Shown piece by piece: positions 23,696 to 31,436 of a stretch of 31,868 nt of DNA. The notes under the pieces are model-generated. The model saw only the letters and a list, made by a program, of their open reading frames with translations. It made no database searches and was not told the origin of the DNA. Numbering within the stretch: position 1 is the first letter of the stretch; every line of letters begins with the position of its first letter. The DNA comes from Candidatus Ruminococcus avistercoris (GTDB taxonomy: Bacteria; Bacillota; Clostridia; Lachnospirales; Lachnospiraceae). Both the position numbers and the translations under genes were made by a program. The stretch spans positions 1-31,868 of the forward strand of contig DWVJ01000022.1 in NCBI GenBank assembly GCA_019120315.1, in the 5' to 3' direction.

Positions 23696-24244
23696 TTAAC
23701 CGAAATATCTCTTTAACAGACCTTCGAAAGCTTTTCCATGACGAGCTTCGTCTCTTGCCATTTCATGAACGGTGTCATGGATTGCATCCAGATTAGCTGC
23801 TTTTGCACGTTTTGCCAGATCAAATTTACCAGCTGTCGCGCCGTTTTCTGCCTCTACTCTCATCTCCAGATTCTTCTTGGTGCTGTCAGTTACCACTTCA
23901 CCCAGAAGTTCTGCGAATTTTGCAGCATGCTCTGCTTCTTCATAAGCTGCTTTCTCCCAGTAAAGACCGATTTCCGGATATCCCTCTCTGTGAGCAACTC
24001 TTGCCATTGCCAGGTACATACCAACTTCTGAACACTCTCCGTTGAAGTTTGCTCTTAAATCTTCGATGATGTCCTCGCTGACACCCTGAGCTACTCCTAC
24101 TACATGTTCTGCAGCCCAGCTGCGTTCTGCTGTCTGCTCTACGAATTTATCTCCCGGCACACCACACTGAGGACATTTCTCCGGTGCAGCTTCTCCTTCA
24201 TAAACATAACCACATACGCTACAAACGAATTTTTTCATTGCCAT
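23696..24244 (-). CDS. rbr: Reverse rubrerythrin (N-terminal rubredoxin-like domain, C-terminal diiron ferritin-like domain)
   Basis: [10 protein letters not shown]...CPQCG at the N-terminus, then the E...ExxH pairs ([19 protein letters not shown]). The start may be the second ATG (MKKF). Confidence 0.9.
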   Translation of the reverse strand: MAMKKFVCSVCGYVYEGEAAPEKCPQCGVPGDKFVEQTAERSWAAEHVVGVAQGVSEDIIEDLRANFNGECSEVGMYLAMARVAHREGYPEIGLYWEKAAYEEAEHAAKFAELLGEVVTDSTKKNLEMRVEAENGATAGKFDLAKRAKAANLDAIHDTVHEMARDEARHGKAFEGLLKRYFG

Positions 24245-24270
24245 GTTCTCCTTTTCTTTTAATTTTTAAT

Positions 24271-24320
24271 AATAGTAATTATTACTATTTTAAGTTACCA
24301 CATATTTTCCGGATTGTCAA
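24271..24320 (-). promoter_or_regulatory. rbr promoter plus Per-box-like palindrome
   Basis: Minus strand reads TTGACA (24315-24320), a 17-nt spacer, then TGgTAACTT (-10 at 24292-24297). The 19-bp palindrome AATAGTAAT-T-ATTACTATT (24271-24289) starts just downstream of the -10. Confidence 0.6.
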
Positions 24321-24327
24321 GGGCTAT

Positions 24328-24726
24328 TTAAGCACTTTTCATACTTTTTGCACAATCTTTACACAGCCCGTAAAAGTTTGTCACATACCGCTCAATCACA
24401 CCGTCAAAGTTTTTCGATGCAGCCTCTTTAACATAATCAATGTTCTCCATCTCCAGATCTATTACACAGTGACACTGACGACAGATAAAATGATGATGCG
24501 GTTCTACATTGCTGTCAAACCGGTCCGCCCCGTTCTCCACCGTAATTCTGCATATCTCCCCGATATTTTCCAAAAGAGTCAGGTTCCGGTAAATCGTACC
24601 CAGACTGACGTTTGGGTAAACCATACGGATATTATCATAAATCGTATCTGCCGTGGGATGATCTTTCCGTGACATCAGGAACTCTTTTATGGATTCACGC
24701 TGACGGCTGTATTTCAGAGTTGCCAT
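24328..24726 (-). CDS. perR: Fur-family regulator, PerR-like
   Basis: 132 aa with wHTH ...ADTIYDNIRMVYPNVSLGTIYRNL, HHHFICRQCHCV and GLCKDCA (two CxxC pairs). It lies adjacent to rubrerythrin. Start moved to ATG 24726 with AAAGGAGGAAAA upstream. Confidence 0.85.
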   Translation of the reverse strand: MATLKYSRQRESIKEFLMSRKDHPTADTIYDNIRMVYPNVSLGTIYRNLTLLENIGEICRITVENGADRFDSNVEPHHHFICRQCHCVIDLEMENIDYVKEAASKNFDGVIERYVTNFYGLCKDCAKSMKSA

Positions 24727-24747
24727 ATTTTCCTCCTTTCGATAATG

Positions 24748-24791
24748 ATAATAGTTACTATTATAATACATGAAACATCTTTCATCGTCAA
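24748..24791 (-). promoter_or_regulatory. perR promoter plus second Per-box-like palindrome
   Basis: Minus strand reads TTGACG (24786-24791), a 17-nt spacer, then TATTAT (24763-24768). The 17-bp palindrome ATAATAGT-T-ACTATTAT (24748-24764) overlaps the -10. Confidence 0.55.
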
Positions 24792-24846
24792 CTGTAAATT
24801 TTTTCCGGAATCTGTTACAATAAGTAAATAACAGGGAGGACGTCAT

Positions 24847-25596
24847 ATGCAGAAAAAATCGCATCATCTGTTCATCGTTTTATTCATCATCCTGATCGTC
24901 GTTTTATCAGGAATTTTTCTAATACTTTTTTCGCGTATCAAACAAGACAAACAATACAACGAACTTCTGTCCCTGGGCGATAAGTATCTGCGGGAACTAA
25001 ATTATGAGGATGCTGCCATCGCTTTTCAAAACGCCATTGAAATCAGTGAAAGGGAACAGACTGCTTACCTGCGCCTGGCAGAAACCTACACTGCTGCACA
25101 GGATTACAACCGGGCTGCGGATGTACTGGTGGCCGGATACGATACTGCAGATGATAACACATTGATCCAAAGCAGGATGATTGCCGTTTACTCCTTAGTT
25201 TCTCCTTCCCGCCAGGAACAGATTCATCAAAGGATCCCGCAGGATGTTCCGGATCCCACCCAGGAAAAACCTGCGCCTTCCGTCACTGCCGCGGCTTCTC
25301 CCACACCGACGCCGACCGCGTCTCTCACTCCAGAAGCACAAGAGCCCTCGGCAGAAACAAATTCTGATGGAAGTTTCACCGAGGAACAGCTGGATACCAT
25401 AAGACAAATGCTCCGAATTCCCGAAAACCTGGATACAACCGTCACCCAGAGCGCTCCTTCCTACTGGGATGCCGGAGAACGATGGCTGATTCAGGTCACT
25501 TTTTATAACAGCGAAGGAGTCATGATAGCCGGCGCGGCATTTGACCAGCAGACCATGGAAATGTGCCGGAATATTTATATGTACTCCGGCGGCTGA
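24847..25596 (+). CDS. Single-pass membrane protein with a TPR-like module, Pro/Thr linker and small C-terminal domain
   Basis: N-terminal TM LFIVLFIILIVVLSGIFLILF, then LSLGDKYLRELNYEDAAIAFQNAIEI...AETYTAAQDYNRAADVL. RBS is GGGAGGA. Confidence 0.75.
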   Translation: MQKKSHHLFIVLFIILIVVLSGIFLILFSRIKQDKQYNELLSLGDKYLRELNYEDAAIAFQNAIEISEREQTAYLRLAETYTAAQDYNRAADVLVAGYDTADDNTLIQSRMIAVYSLVSPSRQEQIHQRIPQDVPDPTQEKPAPSVTAAASPTPTPTASLTPEAQEPSAETNSDGSFTEEQLDTIRQMLRIPENLDTTVTQSAPSYWDAGERWLIQVTFYNSEGVMIAGAAFDQQTMEMCRNIYMYSGG

Positions 25597-25630
25597 TTTT
25601 TTTAATAAAACAAAAAAGGAGACTCCGCAA

Positions 25631-27253
25631 ATGAAAAAGAATAAGAAAAATGTTCTGATTGGTGTTTTCATTGTACTGATTCTGGCCCTGGCGGCCGTCC
25701 TGTTGATGATTTTTCTGCGTATAAAAAATACGAAGGATTACAACGAACAGTTATCTCTCGGTGACAAATACCTGGCAGAATTAAATTACGAGGACGCGGC
25801 CATCGCATTTAGGAATGCCATCCAGATAAACGAAAAGAAAGAGACCGGCCATATCCGTCTCTCTGACGTTTACATCGCCACAGAAGACTATGATCAGGCG
25901 GCTGACGTTCTTCTGACCGGTTACGATGCCACCGGCGAGAGCACGCTGATCAAAGAGCGGATCATCGCCATTTATCCACAGGTTTCCGACGAATATAAAG
26001 AAAAGATTGAAGAAAAAATCGAAGAAGTGGATACAGATCCCGGCCAGAATGAAGAAACACAGCCTGCCGACCCTCCCGAAGAGACGACAGAAGTTTCCAT
26101 CGGACACGTGGTCGCCGGCAAAGATCGGATTTTTTACTGGAAATACTCTTCCCAAAGCTATGAGAATGCCGGTGCGCTGGCCTCCTTTGGTTCCGGCTGG
26201 ATTGCTTCTAACCAGCTGGTCTGCCGGACAGCGGACGGCACGGAACAGATTCTTCTGGAATCTGCTCCCCAGGGAGATACCTATGTCTCCGACTGCGGAA
26301 CACTGGGGATCAGCGGCGGAAAACTCTTTTTTGATATGCCTGATGCAAACAGTACCGACAGCGGAAAAACCATTCTATGCTCCTACGATCTGGAAACCGG
26401 TGAAACCGTAAATTACGGAGGCGGCCACCTGAAAGCAGTAACAGAAGAAGGGCGTGCCATCGGGTATACCCGTCCGGAAAATGCTCAAGGATATACCCTT
26501 TTTCTCACCAATGAAGACGGAACTACCACTGCTCTGGCCTCCGGTGTTTCCCAGTACCTGGATTACCACAATGGAATGATTTACTTCCAGCCTTTGGAAA
26601 CCGATTATACCACTGCCAGAGCGACCCTCTCCTGTGTCTCTCCTGGGACTTTGCAGGTACAGAATCTGTATACGGTGACAGCGGACTTTCCCGTCAACAA
26701 CAATTCCTGTACCATCTCCCAGATTGCTTATCAGGGAGACAGAATCTACTTTGCCTACGGTTCTTACGGCGGCACCGGCGGTTTCTACCAGGGAGGAAAA
26801 GTAGCCTGTGTCAATGCTGACGGTTCAGGCGGACGCATCGCCTCCGGTTCTGAGGTCCTTGGCGACTCCCGGTTTCTGGTCACGCAAGACGGCTCTGCCA
26901 TACAGGAAGATTCGGAATCCATATCAACCTATGGAACTGACCTGGCGGAATATTATACACTGAACGGAAATCTGTACCATTATAACCGGGAAGCCGGCGG
27001 ACAGCCTGATCTTCTGGTGGAACCTTCCGATTACGCCTCCTTCTCCGGCGGACTTTTAGGCGTATTCGACAGCGCCGGTATCCATCTGCAGGAAGCAGCT
27101 CTGACCGGCGATAAAGTATACTACCGTATCGATTCCTGCATACAGAATGATTCCGTTTCCATCGGCTGGCGTACCGGATACAGCCGCCAGTACTCCGCAC
27201 TGTTTGAAAAAGATCTGGAAACAGGAACCGTGACGGAACTTTACCGGTATTAA
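25631..27253 (+). CDS. Paralogous TM-TPR protein with a beta-propeller-like (DUF5050-like) ectodomain
   Basis: It has the same N-terminal module (LSLGDKYLAELNYEDAAIAFRNAIQI...). The C-terminal region has recurrent G-x-hydrophobic-Y/F-F/Y strands (DRIFYW, GKLFF, GMIYFQ, DRIYFAYG, GNLYHY, DKVYYRI). Start moved to ATG 25631 with AAGGAG upstream. Confidence 0.75.
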   Translation: MKKNKKNVLIGVFIVLILALAAVLLMIFLRIKNTKDYNEQLSLGDKYLAELNYEDAAIAFRNAIQINEKKETGHIRLSDVYIATEDYDQAADVLLTGYDATGESTLIKERIIAIYPQVSDEYKEKIEEKIEEVDTDPGQNEETQPADPPEETTEVSIGHVVAGKDRIFYWKYSSQSYENAGALASFGSGWIASNQLVCRTADGTEQILLESAPQGDTYVSDCGTLGISGGKLFFDMPDANSTDSGKTILCSYDLETGETVNYGGGHLKAVTEEGRAIGYTRPENAQGYTLFLTNEDGTTTALASGVSQYLDYHNGMIYFQPLETDYTTARATLSCVSPGTLQVQNLYTVTADFPVNNNSCTISQIAYQGDRIYFAYGSYGGTGGFYQGGKVACVNADGSGGRIASGSEVLGDSRFLVTQDGSAIQEDSESISTYGTDLAEYYTLNGNLYHYNREAGGQPDLLVEPSDYASFSGGLLGVFDSAGIHLQEAALTGDKVYYRIDSCIQNDSVSIGWRTGYSRQYSALFEKDLETGTVTELYRY

Positions 27254-27261
27254 ATTATACC

Positions 27262-27290
27262 TTTACAATCTGCTCATCTTATGATAACCT
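27262..27290 (+). promoter_or_regulatory. Promoter of the metG T-box leader
   Basis: TTTACA (27262-27267), a 17-nt spacer ending in TGa, then TAACCT (27285-27290), an extended -10. Confidence 0.5.
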
Positions 27291-27294
27291 GAGA

Positions 27295-27585
27295 GTAATC
27301 AGGAAAAACACCGTGACGAAGAGAGTACTTTGGCGATTCGTTCCACAGAGAATTCCCGGACGCTGAGAGGGATGGACGGATGCTTTGGGAAGATGGCTTC
27401 TGAGAGGCGCACCGACCCGTGTACCATGGGTACACGATAGGCTGCGACAGGATTCGCCTGTTATAGCGAGCGGGTATGATAGTACCCAGTGAGATCTTCT
27501 GCCGCGAGGCTTTAGATGAACAGAAGTGGTAACACGGGTTATTCAGGCTCGTCTTCTTATTAAGAAGACGGGTCTTTTCTTTTCT
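27295..27585 (+). promoter_or_regulatory. T-box riboswitch leader (methionine-specific by context)
   Basis: GACGAAGAGAGTAC (27315-27328; GA/AGTA-box region), AGAGAA bulge (27347-27352), GCTGAGAGG distal-loop-like element (27362-27370), GAAG-ATG-G (ATG at 27393-27395) and the T-box sequence AGAAGTGGTAACACGGG (27522-27538). The terminator stem is at 27548-27572, followed by TCTTTTCTTTTC. Confidence 0.85.
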
Positions 27586-27613
27586 CTGACAGGAATAAGG
27601 AGGTAACAGACAC

Positions 27614-29563
27614 ATGGAAAAACAAAAGTATTACATCACAACAGCCATCGCCTACACATCAGGCAAACCGCACATCGGCAACACCTATGAGATCGTGCTC
27701 GCGGACAGCATCGCCCGTTTCAAAAGACAGCAGGGCTATGATGTCTTCTTTCAGACCGGAACCGATGAACACGGACAGAAAGTAGAATTAAAAGCTGCGG
27801 AAAAAGGCGTCACACCAAAGGAATTTGTGGATGAAGTAGCCGGAGAAATCAAACGGATCTGGGATCTGATGAACACCTCTTATGATAAATTCATCCGCAC
27901 CACAGATGCTGATCATGAGGCTCAAGTACAGAAGATTTTCAAAAAACTGTATGATCAGGGAGACATTTATAAAGGATATTACGAGGGTCTGTACTGCACT
28001 CCCTGCGAATCCTTCTTTACAGAATCTCAGCTGGTGGACGGAAAATGTCCTGACTGCGGCCGACCGGTGACACCGGCAAAAGAAGAGGCATATTTCTTCA
28101 AAATGAGCAAATACGCCGACAGACTGATCGATTACATTAATACCCATCCGGAATTCATCCAGCCGGTATCCCGTAAAAACGAAATGATGAATAACTTCCT
28201 GCTTCCAGGTCTGCAGGATCTCTGCGTATCCCGTACCTCTTTCACCTGGGGTATCCCCGTATCCTTCGATCCGAAGCATGTAACCTACGTATGGCTGGAT
28301 GCCCTGACCAACTATATCACCGGTATCGGCTACGACTGCGACGGAAACAGTTCCGACCTCTTTAAGAAAAACTGGCCGGCTGACCTGCATCTGATTGGTA
28401 AGGATATCATCCGCTTCCACACCATCTACTGGCCCATCTTCCTGATGGCTCTGGATCTGCCGCTGCCCAAACAGGTCTTCGGTCATCCCTGGCTGCTGCA
28501 GGGAGACGGAAAAATGAGCAAATCCAAGGGAAACGTGCTTTATGCCGATGAACTGGCAGACTTTTTCGGTGTGGACGCCGTACGATATTTCGTTCTGCAT
28601 GAAATGCCCTTCGAAAATGACGGTGTGATTACCTGGGAACTGATGGTAGAGCGTCTGAACTCCGAACTGGCTAACACCCTCGGCAATCTGGTCAATCGTA
28701 CCATCTCCATGTCCAATAAGTATTTTGACGGCGTGGTGGAGAATAAAAATATCTGTGAACCGGTGGATGACGACCTGAAAACAGTCGTAACCTCCACCAG
28801 AGACAAAGTCGCAGAAAAAATGGAAGGTCTGCGGGTGGCAGACGCCATGACGGAAATTTTTAATCTGTTCAAACGGTGCAACAAATACATCGATGAAACC
28901 ATGCCCTGGGCTCTGGCCAAAGACGAAGACAAAAAAGACCGTCTGGCAACGGTACTTTACAATCTGGTAGAGGGTATCTGCATCGGCGCAGAACTGCTGG
29001 AATCCTATATGCCGGAAACTGCAGAAAGGATCCGCACCCAGTTAAATGCCAAAAAACGTAACTACGATGATCTAGCCACATTTGGTCTCTATCCTTCCGG
29101 AAATAAGGTGACCGACAAGCCGGAAATCCTCTTTGCCCGTCTGGATATCAAAGAAGTTCTGGAAAAGGTAGAAGCAAAAAACGCTGCAGAAGCAGCGAAA
29201 GAGGCAAAAGAAGCCGGGATTGACATCGAACCTAAAGAAGAAATCTCCTATGACGATTTCATGAAAATGCAGTTCCAGGTAGGTGAAATCATTTCCTGTG
29301 AAGAAGTGAAAAAATCAAAAAAACTGCTCTGCTCCCAGGTAAAAATCGGCAGCCAGGTACGTCAGATCGTATCCGGCATCAAAGCCCATTACAAACCGGA
29401 AGAGATGGTCGGCAAGAAAGTAATGGTGCTGGTAAACTTAAAACCGGCGAAACTGGCCGGCGTTATGTCAGAAGGCATGATCCTCTGTGCGGAAGATGAA
29501 AACGGTGAACTGGCTCTGATGGTACCGGACAAAGATATGCCCGCAGGAGCAGAAATCTGCTGA
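27614..29563 (+). CDS. metG: Methionine--tRNA ligase with C-terminal tRNA-binding (Trbp111/EMAP-like) domain
   Basis: GKPHIGNTYE (HIGH-type), KMSKSKGN, zinc knuckle CTPCES...CPDCG, and a C-terminal VGEIISCEEVKKSKKLLCSQVKIG OB-fold. Confidence 0.97.
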   Translation: MEKQKYYITTAIAYTSGKPHIGNTYEIVLADSIARFKRQQGYDVFFQTGTDEHGQKVELKAAEKGVTPKEFVDEVAGEIKRIWDLMNTSYDKFIRTTDADHEAQVQKIFKKLYDQGDIYKGYYEGLYCTPCESFFTESQLVDGKCPDCGRPVTPAKEEAYFFKMSKYADRLIDYINTHPEFIQPVSRKNEMMNNFLLPGLQDLCVSRTSFTWGIPVSFDPKHVTYVWLDALTNYITGIGYDCDGNSSDLFKKNWPADLHLIGKDIIRFHTIYWPIFLMALDLPLPKQVFGHPWLLQGDGKMSKSKGNVLYADELADFFGVDAVRYFVLHEMPFENDGVITWELMVERLNSELANTLGNLVNRTISMSNKYFDGVVENKNICEPVDDDLKTVVTSTRDKVAEKMEGLRVADAMTEIFNLFKRCNKYIDETMPWALAKDEDKKDRLATVLYNLVEGICIGAELLESYMPETAERIRTQLNAKKRNYDDLATFGLYPSGNKVTDKPEILFARLDIKEVLEKVEAKNAAEAAKEAKEAGIDIEPKEEISYDDFMKMQFQVGEIISCEEVKKSKKLLCSQVKIGSQVRQIVSGIKAHYKPEEMVGKKVMVLVNLKPAKLAGVMSEGMILCAEDENGELALMVPDKDMPAGAEIC

Positions 29564-29578
29564 GAGGTGACAAACTAT

Positions 29579-30346
29579 ATGATCTTTGAAAGTCACGCAC
29601 ATTATGATGACGAAGCCTTTGATTTCGACCGGGATCAGCTGCTTTCGTCCATGAAAGAAAACGGTGTGGAAACCATCGTAAACGTCAGCGCCAGCAAAAA
29701 AAGCCTTGACAGAGTCAATGAACTGATGAAAAATTACTCCTTCATCTATGGAGCCTTCGGGCTCCATCCCGATGAAGTGGGTGATATGACCGATGAACTG
29801 CTGGAAAAAATCCGCCTTTTTTCCCGCCAGGAAAAAGCAGTGGCCATCGGAGAGATCGGTCTGGACTACTACTGGGATAAAGAACACCACTCTCTGCAGA
29901 AAAAATGGTTTGAAGCCCAGGCACAGCTTGCCCGGGAAGAAAAACTGCCTATCATCGTCCACAGCCGGGAAGCCGCCGCTGACACCCTGGACATGGTAAA
30001 AGGATTTCGCGGCGGAGAAATCGGCGGCGTCATCCATTGTTTTTCCTACACGAAGGAAATGGCCCGGGAATATCTGAACATGGGATTTTATCTGGGCATC
30101 GGCGGCGTAGTTACTTTTAAAAACGCCAGAAAATTAAAAGAAGTGGTGGAATACGCCCCCCTGTCTTCTCTTTTGCTGGAAACCGACTGTCCCTATCTGG
30201 CGCCCGTTCCCAACCGGGGTAAACGCAATAACTCCATTTATCTGAAATATGTAGCCCAAACCATCGCCGAAATCAAACAGATTTCCTGCGAGGAAGTGAT
30301 CGAAGCCACCAGGCAAAATGCCCGAAAAATGTTTCATATCCAATAA
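29579..30346 (+). CDS. tatD: TatD-family metal-dependent hydrolase/DNase (YabD-like)
   Basis: MIFESHAHYD, IGEIGLDY, IIVHSREA, VIHCFS and LLETDCPYLAP motifs. It keeps the conserved metG-tatD order. ATG 29579 is preferred (GAGAGGTGA 8 nt upstream) over the track GTG at 29567. Confidence 0.92.
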   Translation: MIFESHAHYDDEAFDFDRDQLLSSMKENGVETIVNVSASKKSLDRVNELMKNYSFIYGAFGLHPDEVGDMTDELLEKIRLFSRQEKAVAIGEIGLDYYWDKEHHSLQKKWFEAQAQLAREEKLPIIVHSREAAADTLDMVKGFRGGEIGGVIHCFSYTKEMAREYLNMGFYLGIGGVVTFKNARKLKEVVEYAPLSSLLLETDCPYLAPVPNRGKRNNSIYLKYVAQTIAEIKQISCEEVIEATRQNARKMFHIQ

Positions 30347-30397
30347 AACAAGGGATATTAACCATAAATATATTGTAGTAGAAAGGATACCAAGGCT

Positions 30398-31354
30398 ATG
30401 AAAAAGTGCCAGAACTGTGGGCAAAACTGCCCTGATCAGGATGTATTCTGTGAAAACTGCGGCGCCAGGCTGCCGGAACTGTGCGCAAGAACAAAACAGA
30501 AAAATTTCATCCCTGTTTTAGCCGGCTGCTGTGCCGCAGCAGCTGTCATAATTGCTGCTGCTATCTTTTACACAGGTATGAACCGTGATCGCTCCGGGGA
30601 GTCCCGACAAACAGAAACCAGCCTGGCAGAATCCTCCAAGGCATCTGTTTCTGCTGCTGTTCCGTCCGAGCTTCCCTCTTCCACAGAGGCGAAGTCGGTT
30701 TCCTACAAAACTTATTATGTAGTCAACTGCCAGGAAAGCATTACTTTGCGAAATTCACCTTCCACAAAAAGCAGTGAGATCTGCCAGATTCCTTTCGGCT
30801 CTGCCGTCAGTTATATAGAGACTGCCTCAGATGGATTTTACAAAATTATATATAATGGAAAAACCGGATACGCACTGGCTTCCTATCTGGATCTGACTCC
30901 TCAGGATGAACCTCCTGCGCAGGCTCCTGCCGACACAAATACCTATCCTACCTATTACGTGGTCAATTGTCAGGAAAGCATTACTCTGAGAAAATCTGCC
31001 CGAACCAGTTCCGGCGAAATCTGCCAGATCCCTCTTGGCGCCGCTGTTTCCTTTGTGGAAAACGCAGGCAGTGGTTTTTATGAAATTATCTATAACGGAA
31101 AGACCGGCTATGCACTGGCTTCTTACCTGAGCCCGGAGCAAAAATCAACATCCTCCGGTTCTTACCTTCAGGTTGTAAACTGTAAGGAAAGTATTACTTT
31201 GCGAAAAGCTCCCAGCACAAAAGCGGATTCTTTCTGCCAGATTCCCCTTGGTGCCTCTGTAAAATATCTGGAACCGGCAGAAAACGGTTTCTGTATGATC
31301 AGTTACAACGGTTATACCGGATACGTACTGGTCAGCTACCTGTCCGTGCAGTAA
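30398..31354 (+). CDS. Zinc-ribbon / single-TM / 3x SH3b-like domain protein
   Basis: MKKCQNCGQNCPDQDVFCENCG (zinc ribbon), TM IPVLAGCCAAAAVIIAAAIFY, then three repeats of YYVVNCQESITLR.....S.EICQIP.G..V......GFY.IIYNGKTGYALASYL. Confidence 0.8.
   Translation: MKKCQNCGQNCPDQDVFCENCGARLPELCARTKQKNFIPVLAGCCAAAAVIIAAAIFYTGMNRDRSGESRQTETSLAESSKASVSAAVPSELPSSTEAKSVSYKTYYVVNCQESITLRNSPSTKSSEICQIPFGSAVSYIETASDGFYKIIYNGKTGYALASYLDLTPQDEPPAQAPADTNTYPTYYVVNCQESITLRKSARTSSGEICQIPLGAAVSFVENAGSGFYEIIYNGKTGYALASYLSPEQKSTSSGSYLQVVNCKESITLRKAPSTKADSFCQIPLGASVKYLEPAENGFCMISYNGYTGYVLVSYLSVQ
30710..31342 (+). repeat. Three tandem SH3b-like coding repeats, also recognisable at the DNA level
   Basis: Residues about 105-164, 185-244 and 256-315. 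Repeats 1 and 2 share long identical nucleotide runs, such as caggaaagcattact and gcactggcttc. Confidence 0.8.
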
Positions 31355-31381
31355 ATTAACATTAAATTAATTGTAAAAATT

Positions 31382-31425
31382 GGTGTTGAAAAACAGATGG
31401 GATTATTCATTTGTTTTCCAACACC
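31382..31425. terminator. Stem-loop between convergent genes; the U-tract is best on the minus strand
   Basis: GGTGTTGAAAAACA (31382-31395) pairs with TGTTTTCCAACACC (31412-31425), with one mismatch. The minus-strand tail is AATTTTTAC. Confidence 0.6.
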
Positions 31426-31436
31426 CCTACAAAAAT

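Noticed and set aside
24727-24846. Strand-switch point (minus-strand genes to the left, plus-strand genes to the right) as a possible replication origin
   Set aside because: I saw no dnaA/dnaN genes, no TTATCCACA-type DnaA boxes and no AT-rich unwinding element. The region is explained by the divergent perR and TPR-gene promoters. A GC-skew calculation over a larger contig would be needed to say more.
27274-27615. 113-aa minus-strand ORF between the TPR paralogue and metG
   Set aside because: The region is fully explained by a T-box leader on the plus strand.
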